DNA of 64,000 nucleotides from Methanocellales archaeon (lineage in GTDB: Archaea > Halobacteriota > UBA148). Location: positions 267,905 through 331,904 of the forward strand of contig JAQUQR010000001.1 in the NCBI GenBank assembly GCA_028715985.1. The letters are read 5' to 3'. The position numbers were made by a program, and so were the translations under genes. This document shows, piece by piece, positions 23,079-32,645 of the stretch. Each line of letters begins with the position of its first letter. Within the stretch, counting starts at the first letter, position 1. Under the pieces are notes generated by a model. The model was not told the DNA's origin. It saw only the letters and a program-made list of their open reading frames with translations, and did no database searches.

Positions 23079-24232
23079 AAATTCTGAGCGGAGGGGTATG
23101 CGCTGTACCTGCTGTTAAGGCTTATGGCATAAAAGAAAGTAAGCAGGGTCTTGCGGTCATAACAGGGAAAGGTAATACCGTCGGTGTTTTTACCCTAAAC
23201 AAAATCAGGGCTGCACCTGTTGTCGCTACAAGCAGACGCTTGCCAGGCATCATGAATGCTGTTGTCGCATATAGTGGTAGCGCCAACGCGTTTACTGGCA
23301 AAAAGGGTATCCAAGATGCGGAAAGGATGGCCCTACTGGTGGCCAGTGCACTGGGCATTGATCCTGAATCCGTGGGGGTTGCCTCGACGGGCATCATCGG
23401 ACGCCCAATCAATATGGGTTGGGTCGAGGATCACGTGGAAAGTGTGATAGAAAGGCTAACATCAGAGCCAAGCGGTAGCGAGGCGGCAACAAGGGCAATC
23501 ATGACAACCGACACGATACTCAAACAAATGGCAGTCGAGATCGACGGTGTACACATAGGGGGAATAGCAAAGGGCTCTGGCATGATAGAGCCAGACATGG
23601 CGACAATGCTTTCTTTCATCTACACTGATGTTGAGATGCCCCCAGAATCGCTGCACAAATGCCTGAAGGGGTCGGTAGACAAGAGCTTTAACATGCTCGT
23701 CGTGGATGGTGACACCAGTACGAATGACATGGTCCTTCTGACCGCGACTGGCGCCAAGAGAATATCTGAGGAAAGATTCCAGGAAGGTTTGGATTTTGTA
23801 TGCATGCAACTGGCAAAGATGATAGCAAGAGATGGTGAAGGCTCAACTAAACTTATCGAAGCTTGCATCAAGGGTGCAAGGTCAGAAGACGATGCAAGAA
23901 AAGCGGCAAAGGCAGTTGTGCGCTCTCCTTTAGTGAAGGCCGCCGTCTTTGGTGAGGACCCTAACTGGGGGCGCATCGTAGCTGCTATAGGGCGATCTGG
24001 CGCTGAGGTTCAAGAGGGTAAAATCACTCTAGAGTTCTCGGATGGTGCTAAAACCGTGATAATAGTCAAAGAAGGAAATATCCTCGATAGCGGCAAGAAA
24101 GCAAAAGAGGTCCTGGCTGGCAATGAGCTTATCATCATCGCTGATCTGGGACTTGGAAAGCACGAGGCAACAGCTTGGGGCTGCGATCTAACATATGATT
24201 ATGTCAAGATCAATTCGGCGTATATGACTTGA
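23075..24232 (+). CDS. argJ: bifunctional ornithine acetyltransferase / N-acetylglutamate synthase
   Basis: ATMLSFIYTD autoprocessing-site motif with Thr. Confidence 0.9.
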   Translation: MKILSGGVCAVPAVKAYGIKESKQGLAVITGKGNTVGVFTLNKIRAAPVVATSRRLPGIMNAVVAYSGSANAFTGKKGIQDAERMALLVASALGIDPESVGVASTGIIGRPINMGWVEDHVESVIERLTSEPSGSEAATRAIMTTDTILKQMAVEIDGVHIGGIAKGSGMIEPDMATMLSFIYTDVEMPPESLHKCLKGSVDKSFNMLVVDGDTSTNDMVLLTATGAKRISEERFQEGLDFVCMQLAKMIARDGEGSTKLIEACIKGARSEDDARKAAKAVVRSPLVKAAVFGEDPNWGRIVAAIGRSGAEVQEGKITLEFSDGAKTVIIVKEGNILDSGKKAKEVLAGNELIIIADLGLGKHEATAWGCDLTYDYVKINSAYMT

Positions 24233-24784
24233 ATTTTTTAGTTCGTGGAAGGCGACAAAACGTTCGGAAGCTAGTTTATAAAGAAGGCTTATCGTTGTTT
24301 TAGTTGGTAATGTTGCTAAATATGTAGAAAATGATTTGAGATACAAATTAAAAAAATCAGATAAACCTGCTGTTTTTGAATTACAGAGATTTAGGATCAA
24401 ATTGATTAATAAATCGGATAGTAAATCAAAAAATATTTTAGGTTTAGATATTCTAAATCTATTTAGATCAAGCTCATCTTCACAATATACACTGAAAGGC
24501 GGACTTCTACTTAAAATCAAAGATTTTACTCAAAAACATGATTTTCAGTTTAGCTTATTGAAAAAATAGTCTCTCTTATTGTAAAAAAAATTAAAAACGA
24601 GCGGTCATCTATTCAGTTGAACACAATGCTGTAGCTCTTCTTTAGCATGCGACCGCTCTTCTTTAGTACGCTTCTTTAGTATGCGAGCCCGATTTTAACA
24701 TTTATTATAACAGATATACTAGTTAGTTAAAAAATAAACAAAAACTATGCATATGCTGATATAATTACTATATTAATATCGACT

Positions 24785-24961
24785 TTAATACCGCTTTGGT
24801 CTATTTTTCTGGTAGCATTCCCTACAATATACAGGTCTTGTACCATCCGGCTTGAAAGGAACTTCGGTTTCCACACCACACTCGGCGCATGTTACACTAT
24901 GCATCTCTCGTGGTCCTCTGTCGAATCTCCTAGGGCCGAAATCTCTACCTCTATCACTCAT
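24785..24961 (-). CDS. small CxxC...CxxC zinc-ribbon protein (58 aa)
   Basis: Two CxxC pairs (CAECG...CRECY). Basic N-terminus with RGRDFGPRRFDRGPR repeats. The ORF-track ORF 24785-25045 is trimmed to the internal Met. Confidence 0.45.
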   Translation of the reverse strand: MSDRGRDFGPRRFDRGPREMHSVTCAECGVETEVPFKPDGTRPVYCRECYQKNRPKRY

Positions 24962-25159
24962 TTTATTTTTTTCTCCTTTTTTTATAACCCATTTGGAAGT
25001 AACTTGGAAGTAAATTCCTCTTGGGTAACAGGCAATCAGTCTCATGGTATATAGATTTATGGGTGGTTTGAGGTATTTTCACCGGTGATTTGAGGTATTC
25101 TCACTCACCACTCATCGGTAAAAGGGTTTTTAAGCTGGAGGGCAATAATAGGTGATCAT

Positions 25160-26038
25160 ATGCTCAAAAGGGAGAATGTCTTGATTGAGGCGCTTCCTTA
25201 CATCAGGGAGTTACAGGACTCTATCACCGTGATCAAGATCGGTGGGCATGCGATGCTAGATCGAAATGTCATGGAGGATATAGTCAGAGATGTGGTGCTT
25301 TTACGCTATGTGGGAGTGCGTCCTATAGTGGTGCATGGGGGAGGACCCGAGATAACCAGAAAGGCGGAGAAAATGGGGAAGAAGCCAGCTTTCGTAGCAG
25401 GGCTCAGAATTACGGATGATGAGACTTTAGAGATCGCGCAAATGGTGCTGGTTGGGAATGTTAATACACGCATCGTCTCCTTGATCGGCAAGCATGGCGC
25501 GAAAGGAATGGGGCTCTCTGGAAAAGATGGACGCTTGATCGTTGCGAGGAAGAAATCGCCCCAAAAAGTTCTCATAGATGGCGTTGAGCAAGAGGTGGAC
25601 CTTGGGTGGGTGGGTGAAACCGAGAGGATAAATCCGGAGATACTTGTGTTGGCAGTCGAGAAGGGCTATATACCTGTGATATCGCCCATAGCAGTGGATA
25701 CTGAGGGGAATAGCCTGAATATAAACGCAGACAGTGTTGCAGGCGACATAGCTTCATCGATAAAGTCCAAGAAGCTGATAATGCTGACGGATGTACCTGG
25801 CATTCTGCGTGACCCTTCAGACCCAAAATCCCTCATATCGCAGATCTCATTGGAAGAGGTCAAGAAACTGGTCTCTAGCGAAACGGTCCAAGAAGGAATG
25901 ATTCCCAAGATAAAGGCATGCATAAAAGCAATTGAGGGCTCCGTAGAGAAAGCGCACATAATTGATGGAAATATGCCTCATGCGCTTTTGCTGGAACTTT
26001 TAACTGATAAAGGAATAGGAACTATGGTGTATAGATAG
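25160..26038 (+). CDS. argB: acetylglutamate kinase
   Basis: Amino-acid kinase fold motifs (VIKIGGHAM, VVHGGGPEI). Confidence 0.9.
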   Translation: MLKRENVLIEALPYIRELQDSITVIKIGGHAMLDRNVMEDIVRDVVLLRYVGVRPIVVHGGGPEITRKAEKMGKKPAFVAGLRITDDETLEIAQMVLVGNVNTRIVSLIGKHGAKGMGLSGKDGRLIVARKKSPQKVLIDGVEQEVDLGWVGETERINPEILVLAVEKGYIPVISPIAVDTEGNSLNINADSVAGDIASSIKSKKLIMLTDVPGILRDPSDPKSLISQISLEEVKKLVSSETVQEGMIPKIKACIKAIEGSVEKAHIIDGNMPHALLLELLTDKGIGTMVYR

Positions 26039-26048
26039 GTGAGAAATC

Positions 26049-27272
26049 ATGGGAGCGATGCGAGAAATCGAGCTTGAAGGTCATATTATCGATTCGATGG
26101 TCCTGACGAAGGTATTCGATAAGGTAATGGACATGGATGGCGAGTTTGAAATCCTGGAGTTCAGGATTGGAAAACGCAAGACTGAGCATAGCTATGCTCG
26201 CCTCATGATCGTCGGCGAGGATGATGCACATGTGGACAGAATCCTAAGCGAATTACATCGATTGGGTGCACGATTGCCAGAAATGGAGGATGCCATCTTG
26301 GAGAGAACGCCAGCTGACAAAGTCATCCCGAAGGGCTTTTACTCCACTACTAATCATCCGACCTATGTCAGGCATAACGGCAAATGGCTGACCGTCGAAG
26401 GCATAGGGATGGATTGTTTGATTCAGGTAGATGGTAATAGGGCCATATGCAAGCCGCTTTCACATGTTCGCAAGGGCGATTTGGTCGTGATCGGGCAAAG
26501 GGGGGTGCGTGTGATCCCGCCCGAGCGCCCAAGAAAAAGATCGATTTTCGAGTTCATGGGCAATGCCACCTCTTCTGAGAGGCCCTCAGAGACGTTGATT
26601 CATCAGATTGCCGAAGAAATAATTGACGTCAAAAATAAGGGCGGCAAGATCGCAGTGGTGTGTGGGCCCGCAATAGTTCACACTGGGGCGTCAGGTGCAC
26701 TCGCAGAGATGATCAAGAAAGGCTATGTGAGCGTCTTGTTGGCAGGAAATGCCTTGGCTGTTCATGATATCGAGTACAATCTGTATGGTACATCCCTCGG
26801 AATGGACATGGGGAAAGCGGAACCCGTGTCAGGAGGGCACAGACACCACATCTATGCGATCAGTGAAATCATGCGAGCTGGCTCCATAAGGGCTGCAGTG
26901 GAGCAGGGCATCATATCGGGAGGGATCATGTACGAATGCATTAAAAACGATACGCCCTTCGTGCTTGCCGGATCCATCAGGGATGATGGGCCCCTGCCAG
27001 ACGTCATAACGGATGTGATGGTGGCACAGGACAAGATGAGGGCTGCGGTAAAAGACGTCGATCTGGTGCTGATGATGGCTACGATGCTGCACTCCATAGC
27101 TGTCGGCAATCGTCTCCCATCCTATGTGAAGACCATTTTTATCGATATCAACCCTGCCACCGTGACGAAGATCATGGACAGGGGAACAGCTCAGGCAATG
27201 GGCATCGTGACAGATGTGGGAACGTTCCTGCCAATGTTGGTTGAAGAGCTGGGTAAGTTAGAGAATATGTGA
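26049..27272 (+). CDS. LOR/SDH-domain protein, TIGR00300 family (archaeal-type ornithine cyclodeaminase-like)
   Basis: About 400 aa conserved across archaea. Sits in the arg gene neighbourhood. Confidence 0.55.
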   Translation: MGAMREIELEGHIIDSMVLTKVFDKVMDMDGEFEILEFRIGKRKTEHSYARLMIVGEDDAHVDRILSELHRLGARLPEMEDAILERTPADKVIPKGFYSTTNHPTYVRHNGKWLTVEGIGMDCLIQVDGNRAICKPLSHVRKGDLVVIGQRGVRVIPPERPRKRSIFEFMGNATSSERPSETLIHQIAEEIIDVKNKGGKIAVVCGPAIVHTGASGALAEMIKKGYVSVLLAGNALAVHDIEYNLYGTSLGMDMGKAEPVSGGHRHHIYAISEIMRAGSIRAAVEQGIISGGIMYECIKNDTPFVLAGSIRDDGPLPDVITDVMVAQDKMRAAVKDVDLVLMMATMLHSIAVGNRLPSYVKTIFIDINPATVTKIMDRGTAQAMGIVTDVGTFLPMLVEELGKLENM

Positions 27273-27630
27273 CGTTACTTTTATACAATTCAAGCATGGG
27301 AACATAGGACATTTATGTAGCATATAAACGAGGTAGGCGATATTTATTCCCAATGGAGATAGGCAATGTAGGAAGGACAAACTATCTATAAAAGATGACA
27401 ATTACAATGATTCTATTGTAAAATCAACTTTTTTCAATCATCACAGCCCTACTCAAATTCTATTTGAACCGTCATGTAAAACCACCTTTTCTGCTAGCCT
27501 GAGATTCTCATAGGTTTTTGGTTAGGTTAATAAATAAAATCTAAAGACAGTGCCCCTTATTTCTACAAGAGTGTGGCTAGATTTTTATTGATACGATGCT
27601 GTGTGTTTTTTGTCAATATTACTCAAAAAA

Positions 27631-27686
27631 TTGCTTAAATTAAGCAATATTCTAACTAATTAACTATATCAATAGTGACAATAACA
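27631..27686 (+). promoter_or_regulatory. promoter of the HD-TIR operon: palindromic operator TTGCTTAAATTAAGCAA (27631-27647), then TATA-like TTAACTATATCA and the conserved block TAGTGACAATA
   Basis: Same palindrome, TATA and TAGTGACAAT block as the promoters of cassette genes A and B. Confidence 0.55.
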
Positions 27687-27717
27687 TTTTAATACATAAG
27701 CGAGGGACACGTGCAAA

Positions 27718-29688
27718 ATGCAAGATGAACAAAAAGATCGTTGGGTAGGATGGATTAAAACTCCAGAATATAGAGAACGCCTGCAGACAATAGAGAACCG
27801 TGTTATACAACTGTCATCTAATGAAATCAACACTAGTGGTTATACACCCCACGATGCCAGTCACTGTTTGGCAGTTGAAAATATGGTAAAAACTTTAATT
27901 CAAAAAAGCGAAGCCAAACTTAGCGATTTAGAACAATTTATTCTTTTTGGTGCCGTATGGACGCATGACTTGGGAATGTTCATGGACATACGAGAGGCTT
28001 TTTTCGAGGACCAAAAACAAGAGGTTAAAAAAGGAGAGTATAAACTGCGAGTTGCTAGAGAGATACATGACAAGATTTCAGCATGGTACTTATCTTCTAA
28101 CTACAGTGAGATTCTAAAAATCCAGAGTGATGAAGATGGCCAATCAAAAACTATTATTGACAACTTGTTAAGAAACTATACCTACACTATAAATGTGATA
28201 AGTTGATTTCACCGTATAAGGGAAGACATAAAGGATTGTCCTAAAGAGAGATTACTAAAGGATGAGAAGATACGCACACGCCTATTAGCGTGTTTACTAA
28301 GATTAGGAGATACTTTGCATATTGACTCCAGTAGATTCGATGAAAAACTCTATGATGTCTTAGAAATAGGGCAACTACTGGATAGGAGTGCAAGACTTCA
28401 TTGGCTGAGGTCATATGTTGTGTCTGGTGTATATTTGGATCCTAAAAGTGAAACCATTTTTGTCAACATTGACTTGCCGATATCCTTGAAATCTCCCCAG
28501 AACAACGAATTAGATAGAACGGAGGAGATCAGAAATCTAGTGTCTGTGATTATTAATGACCTTTCCGAAGACGTGCTGGTTGTTAGAGGGACATTTAAGG
28601 ATTATGGTTTTCCCGCCTACGATAGAGTAGAACCCAATATATCTTTCATTCCAGGATATTCGGGAAAGGATGAGAAAGAAATAGAGGGTATGGTGAGTGA
28701 CCTTGGAGTTGTCCTTTTTCCTAATACATCTAGAGTCATAGAGAAAGCCCTTGATAGCATCACCGCTATATGTAATATCTATTTTGGAATTGAAGGTCAG
28801 AGATTTGATAGTCAGATGGATGAATTGTTGTCATATCTCGAAAGTGTACACGAGACTCGGCCCTGTCACGTTGGACTCCGCAAGATAATTGATGAAGCAC
28901 GTGATGTGTTTAATAATAGATCCTATCAGAATAAGAATAGGGGAGATGTATCAAGTCAGGATATAAAGAAATGTCAAGATAATATCTGCGCAAAACTCAA
29001 TGAAATCAAAGATAAAAGAGAAGGATATCTAAAAAGCCTGTATAAAAAATGTGAAGACAACTTGCTGGATGACTTCGAAAACATAATTCTTTTTGCATAC
29101 AGTGAAACAGTAACTCAATTTCTTGAAAAGTATGGTGAACACCACCCTTCATGGAAAGATCGAGTTAAACTCTATGTATTAGAGTGTGGTGGGAAAAGAC
29201 GTTTTACGCGCAACAATAACATAGACTACAATGATGGTATATATTACGCGTTCCAGCTATCAAAGCACGGTTTCAAGAAAAAAGATCAAATCATGTTGTT
29301 GCCAGACACATCCTTTGGTTCTCTTGCATACAACCTGAAGAATCAAAATATGGCAAAAAAGTCTTTGGTCCTATTTGGGGTTAATGGCATCGATAAAGAG
29401 AGCCATGACTGCGGGCACACATCTGGGCATCGCATGGTAGCAATCGTGGCACAAGAATCCAGAATCCAAGTCAAGGTTATTGCAGATAGTTTCAAGGTAG
29501 GGAAAATAGAGTGGAGCCCCATGCTTGAGAGACCCGCTCACTGGCTAACAGGCAAACGGGACATGTATAGTGACATAAAAAAACACAACATCAAACTGAC
29601 AAACTATTTAGAAGATAGAATTCCAATAGATCTAATAAATGAGATAATCAAAGATGGGGATAACATACCTGGAAAGGCTAAAAAATAA
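27718..29688 (+). CDS. HD-domain phosphohydrolase or nuclease fused to a large uncharacterised C-terminal region (about 656 codons); one in-frame TGA at 28204-28206 (candidate pseudogene or recoding)
   Basis: HD motifs are SHCLAV (His), WTHDLGM (His-Asp), REIHDKIS and LLRLGDTLHID. The last motif lies after the TGA in the same frame, so ORFs 27718-28206 and 28315-29688 form one reading frame. The C-terminal part includes a Gly-rich VLFGVNGIDKESHDCGHTSGH segment reminiscent of Rossmann-like ligand-binding folds. Confidence 0.6.
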
Positions 29689-30537
29689 ATGTCTGCAACT
29701 CGATTTAATCTTTCGCCTAATGATGTTGATGTATCCGATACAAAAATTTTTATTTCTTACAAAACGAAGGAATGGGAATACGCTAAAAAACTTAGCGAAG
29801 AACTGAGAAATTTAGGCTTTGGTATTATAATTGTTCCTCCACAACCATCAAGTTCTCCAAAAAAGAAGAATGAAGATATTAAAACATACCTTTCTGAACT
29901 AATAGATGATGCTGATTACATATGTATAATAGTCTCCGAAATGTCTCTCATGTCAGCTTGGGTTCAATACGAATTTAAGGAAGCTGCTAGTTTGATTGGT
30001 CGAGTTGTTTTCGTTAATAAAGATAATACGCAACTTTTTTCAGGATATGAAGCAGTTGATTACCTTCAAAAGGGATTTATATGGCGGAATTTATATGTAA
30101 AACATTCCACTCTTACATTACCGGAAATTACAAATGAGGGTGTAAATGAACTTGCTATACAATTACTAAATGATCCAGACGAAGGTTGGTATGATGGTCG
30201 AGTATCGGTTGGTCGAAGATGCCCAGCAAAAGGATTGCGTTATCAAAATAGGATGAAAAAATATGCCAGAGAGTGTGTTTTGGTAGATCCCAAATATGAG
30301 CATAAGTATGTTCTAGAGGTAATTCCATTTAATTGGAGCCAAATAGAATGCGATAAAGAAGATATGGAAGCTGTCTTAAAATCAATTATTCTGGATCGAG
30401 GACTCCTAAATCTTGAAAGATCTTTTCTTAATGATGAAGTAGACATTTTTCAAACTTGGTACTTCGTAACGGAATTTGAAGAATTTTTAGAAAAAGATGA
30501 TTTTGGTCTTAACGTTTTTGTTGTGTTAGAGCGCTGA
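29689..30537 (+). CDS. TIR-domain protein (N-terminal TIR of about 130 aa plus a C-terminal domain of unknown function)
   Basis: KIFISYKTKEWEYAKKLSEELRNLGFGIIIV matches the TIR betaA-alphaA-betaB segment. ADYICIIVSEMSLMSAWVQYEF matches the SxWCxxEL region that carries the putative catalytic Glu. The ATG directly abuts the HD gene's TAA. Confidence 0.65.
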   Translation: MSATRFNLSPNDVDVSDTKIFISYKTKEWEYAKKLSEELRNLGFGIIIVPPQPSSSPKKKNEDIKTYLSELIDDADYICIIVSEMSLMSAWVQYEFKEAASLIGRVVFVNKDNTQLFSGYEAVDYLQKGFIWRNLYVKHSTLTLPEITNEGVNELAIQLLNDPDEGWYDGRVSVGRRCPAKGLRYQNRMKKYARECVLVDPKYEHKYVLEVIPFNWSQIECDKEDMEAVLKSIILDRGLLNLERSFLNDEVDIFQTWYFVTEFEEFLEKDDFGLNVFVVLER

Positions 30538-30624
30538 TGGAACTTGATTTATATAAATATGGGGTGGAAGACTGTTCTATTTAAAGACTGCCTGCAATGG
30601 ACGGCTAACAGCGAACAAACGAAA

Positions 30625-30685
30625 TATAATATTTACAAATTGCTTTTCAACTTCGTTTGTTTTTTCGCAAAACGTTATTCCCCTA
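30625..30685 (+). terminator. hairpin with a 10-bp stem (AACAAACGAA...TTCGTTTGTT) followed by TTTTTCGC, downstream of the TIR gene
   Basis: Perfect inverted repeat with a loop of about 33 nt and a T-run. Confidence 0.35.
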
Positions 30686-30706
30686 ACCTCAACCACTACT
30701 CCACAA

Positions 30707-30762
30707 ACATCAAGGGATAGTCCAGCTTCTCATCATATCTCATAATTCCCGCGACCTTGGCA
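30707..30762. repeat. 56-bp perfect direct repeat, distal copy (duplicate of the mptD 3' end)
   Basis: Identical to 32662-32717. Confidence 0.9.
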
Positions 30763-30851
30763 ACTTGATTTAGGATACAAGCAGTTATGTGCAATTGAAA
30801 AAGTTCGCCTTTAGAATGTTTTATAAATTTCAAGTCGTTATTTAAAGAAAT

Positions 30852-31415
30852 ATGGAGCTGGGAAAAAAGCTATATGTAACCAATAGAAACGATTGGCGTT
30901 CATGGCTTGCTAAAAATTATGATAAAGAAAAAGAAATTTGGCTAATTTATTATAGAAAATCATCTGGCAAACAAAGAATACCATACAACGATGCTGTTGA
31001 AGAAGCACTCTGCTATGGATGGATAGATAGCAATCTCAAAGGTATTGATGAAGAAAAATTTGCCCAAAGATTTACTCCAAGAAAACCGAAAAGTAAGCTT
31101 TCAGAGATGAATAAAGAACGTGTTCTTCGCCTTATAGAACAAGATAAAATGACTTTCATTGGTCTTGCTTCCATAGAACACGTATTTGATACAAACCAAA
31201 AAAATAAAAAATTAACAATTGCTCCTGATATTTTGAAAACCCTTAAACAAGACAATGAAGTTTGGAAAAACTTCCAGAAATTTCCTGACCCATACAAACG
31301 TATTCGTATCGGTTGGGTAGAAGGAGCTAGAACTCGCCCGAAACTTTTTAACCAGAGATTAAATTATTTTCTTAAGATGACAGCAAAGGATAAAAAATAT
31401 GGGAAGGTACAGTAA
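30852..31415 (+). CDS. YdeI/OmpD-associated family protein
   Basis: N-terminal WRSWL...EIWLIYY and CYGWIDS motifs characteristic of this family. Confidence 0.65.
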   Translation: MELGKKLYVTNRNDWRSWLAKNYDKEKEIWLIYYRKSSGKQRIPYNDAVEEALCYGWIDSNLKGIDEEKFAQRFTPRKPKSKLSEMNKERVLRLIEQDKMTFIGLASIEHVFDTNQKNKKLTIAPDILKTLKQDNEVWKNFQKFPDPYKRIRIGWVEGARTRPKLFNQRLNYFLKMTAKDKKYGKVQ

Positions 31416-31705
31416 TAAAATGACGGCGCACTTCTTCGCAACTTCGTTGCTCGACCATGTTGCACTCTCGCCTTCGGCTCGGGGCACATAACAGCGATTA
31501 ACAGGTTCAGCTCTTAGAGAGCCTCAACCCAAATTTACTTCGCAAACTTCTATTAATCGTATAGGTTAGGCGACATGCCTTCTTTATCTTTTAAGTAGTT
31601 TTCCAGCTAAACTTTAAGGATAAAGGGGCAAAACAAAATTTTTGATATAATGAAGTCAATTCAAGTCAAAAGACATTTAAATACTTATTAACCAAATTTA
31701 AACCT

Positions 31706-32104
31706 ATGAAAGGATTTACCACAAACATCGAAAAAGACACCTTAAAAAACGAAAATTTCCGCAAGGTACTATACACCTCAAAACACAGCCAACTGGTTCT
31801 GATGAGTTTAAAGCCCAATGAGGACATCGGTATGGAAGTTCATTGGGAAAACGATCAATTCTTCCGCTTTGAAAAAGGGCAGGGAAAGTGCATCATTGAC
31901 GGCAACGAATATAAAATTGGTGATGGTATAGCCGTTGTTGTGCCTGCCGGGGCGAAACACAATATTATTAACACATCGGATAAAGAAGAATTGAAGCTTT
32001 ATACAATATATTCTCCTGCTCACCATAAAGATGGTATTGTCAGGGCTACTAAAAAAGAAGCAGAGGCTAGGGAAGCAGAATTTGATGGTGTAACGACTGA
32101 ATAG
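31706..32104 (+). CDS. cupin domain protein
   Basis: Cupin motifs G(x)5HxH-like (MEVHWEND) and a GxxxxxPxGxxH-like motif (VVVPAGAKHNIIN). Confidence 0.7.
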   Translation: MKGFTTNIEKDTLKNENFRKVLYTSKHSQLVLMSLKPNEDIGMEVHWENDQFFRFEKGQGKCIIDGNEYKIGDGIAVVVPAGAKHNIINTSDKEELKLYTIYSPAHHKDGIVRATKKEAEAREAEFDGVTTE

Positions 32105-32282
32105 AATAATTTCTTGAAAAGATTTTTGCAAGCGGCAAAGTAAAATGAAAGATAAAAAATGTGACAACAGCAGATAACAAGTGGATAAAGGGGAAATCAA
32201 AGATTTCCCGGATTGCCTTCAACAACCTCTTTTATCTGCAAATCGTTATACGCCATTAACTCGTTCAAGGAGAAGATAAAAT

Positions 32283-32645
32283 ATGATTGACATCATTTTA
32301 TACTTATTAATCGGTTTATTTGCAGGGTTTGTCAGCGGGTTAATCGGCATCGGCGGTGGAGTCATTATCGTGCCGATATTGATTTATCTGTTGGGTCTAA
32401 CACAGCACCAAGCACAAGGGACAACCTTGGCTTTGTTAATTCCCCCAATCGGTTTGTTAGCTGCTTGGACCTACTACAAGCATGGTTATGTAAATTTCAC
32501 TATAGCGGTTTTTGTTTGCTTGGGTTTTTTTATCGGAGGATTGTTTGGTGCAAAGTTAGCTGTGGGATTGTCAAATGAAACACTGCGAAAGGTCTTTGGG
32601 GTTGCATTGCTGTTAGTAGCTTTATACATGATTTTTAAGAGATGA
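32283..32645 (+). CDS. TSUP (TauE/SafE) family half-size membrane transporter
   Basis: Four TM helices with GLIGIGGGVI.VPIL motifs. Confidence 0.7.
   Translation: MIDIILYLLIGLFAGFVSGLIGIGGGVIIVPILIYLLGLTQHQAQGTTLALLIPPIGLLAAWTYYKHGYVNFTIAVFVCLGFFIGGLFGAKLAVGLSNETLRKVFGVALLLVALYMIFKR

Noticed and set aside
24336-24569. ORF 24336-24569 (77 aa) as a gene
   Set aside because: Extremely AT-rich, Lys/Leu/Ser-biased, no RBS, and embedded in a repeat-rich convergent intergenic region. Likely non-coding.
25306-25959. Antisense ORFs inside argB (25306-25575, 25572-25826, 25666-25959)
   Set aside because: They overlap a high-confidence argB on the opposite strand. No independent signals.
28204-28206. 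Selenocysteine decoding of the in-frame TGA in the HD gene
   Set aside because: The flanking context (NVIS-TGA-FHRIRED) has no Cys or redox motif. The position lies in a helical part of an HD phosphohydrolase, not a selenoprotein family. Pseudogenisation or sequencing error is more parsimonious.
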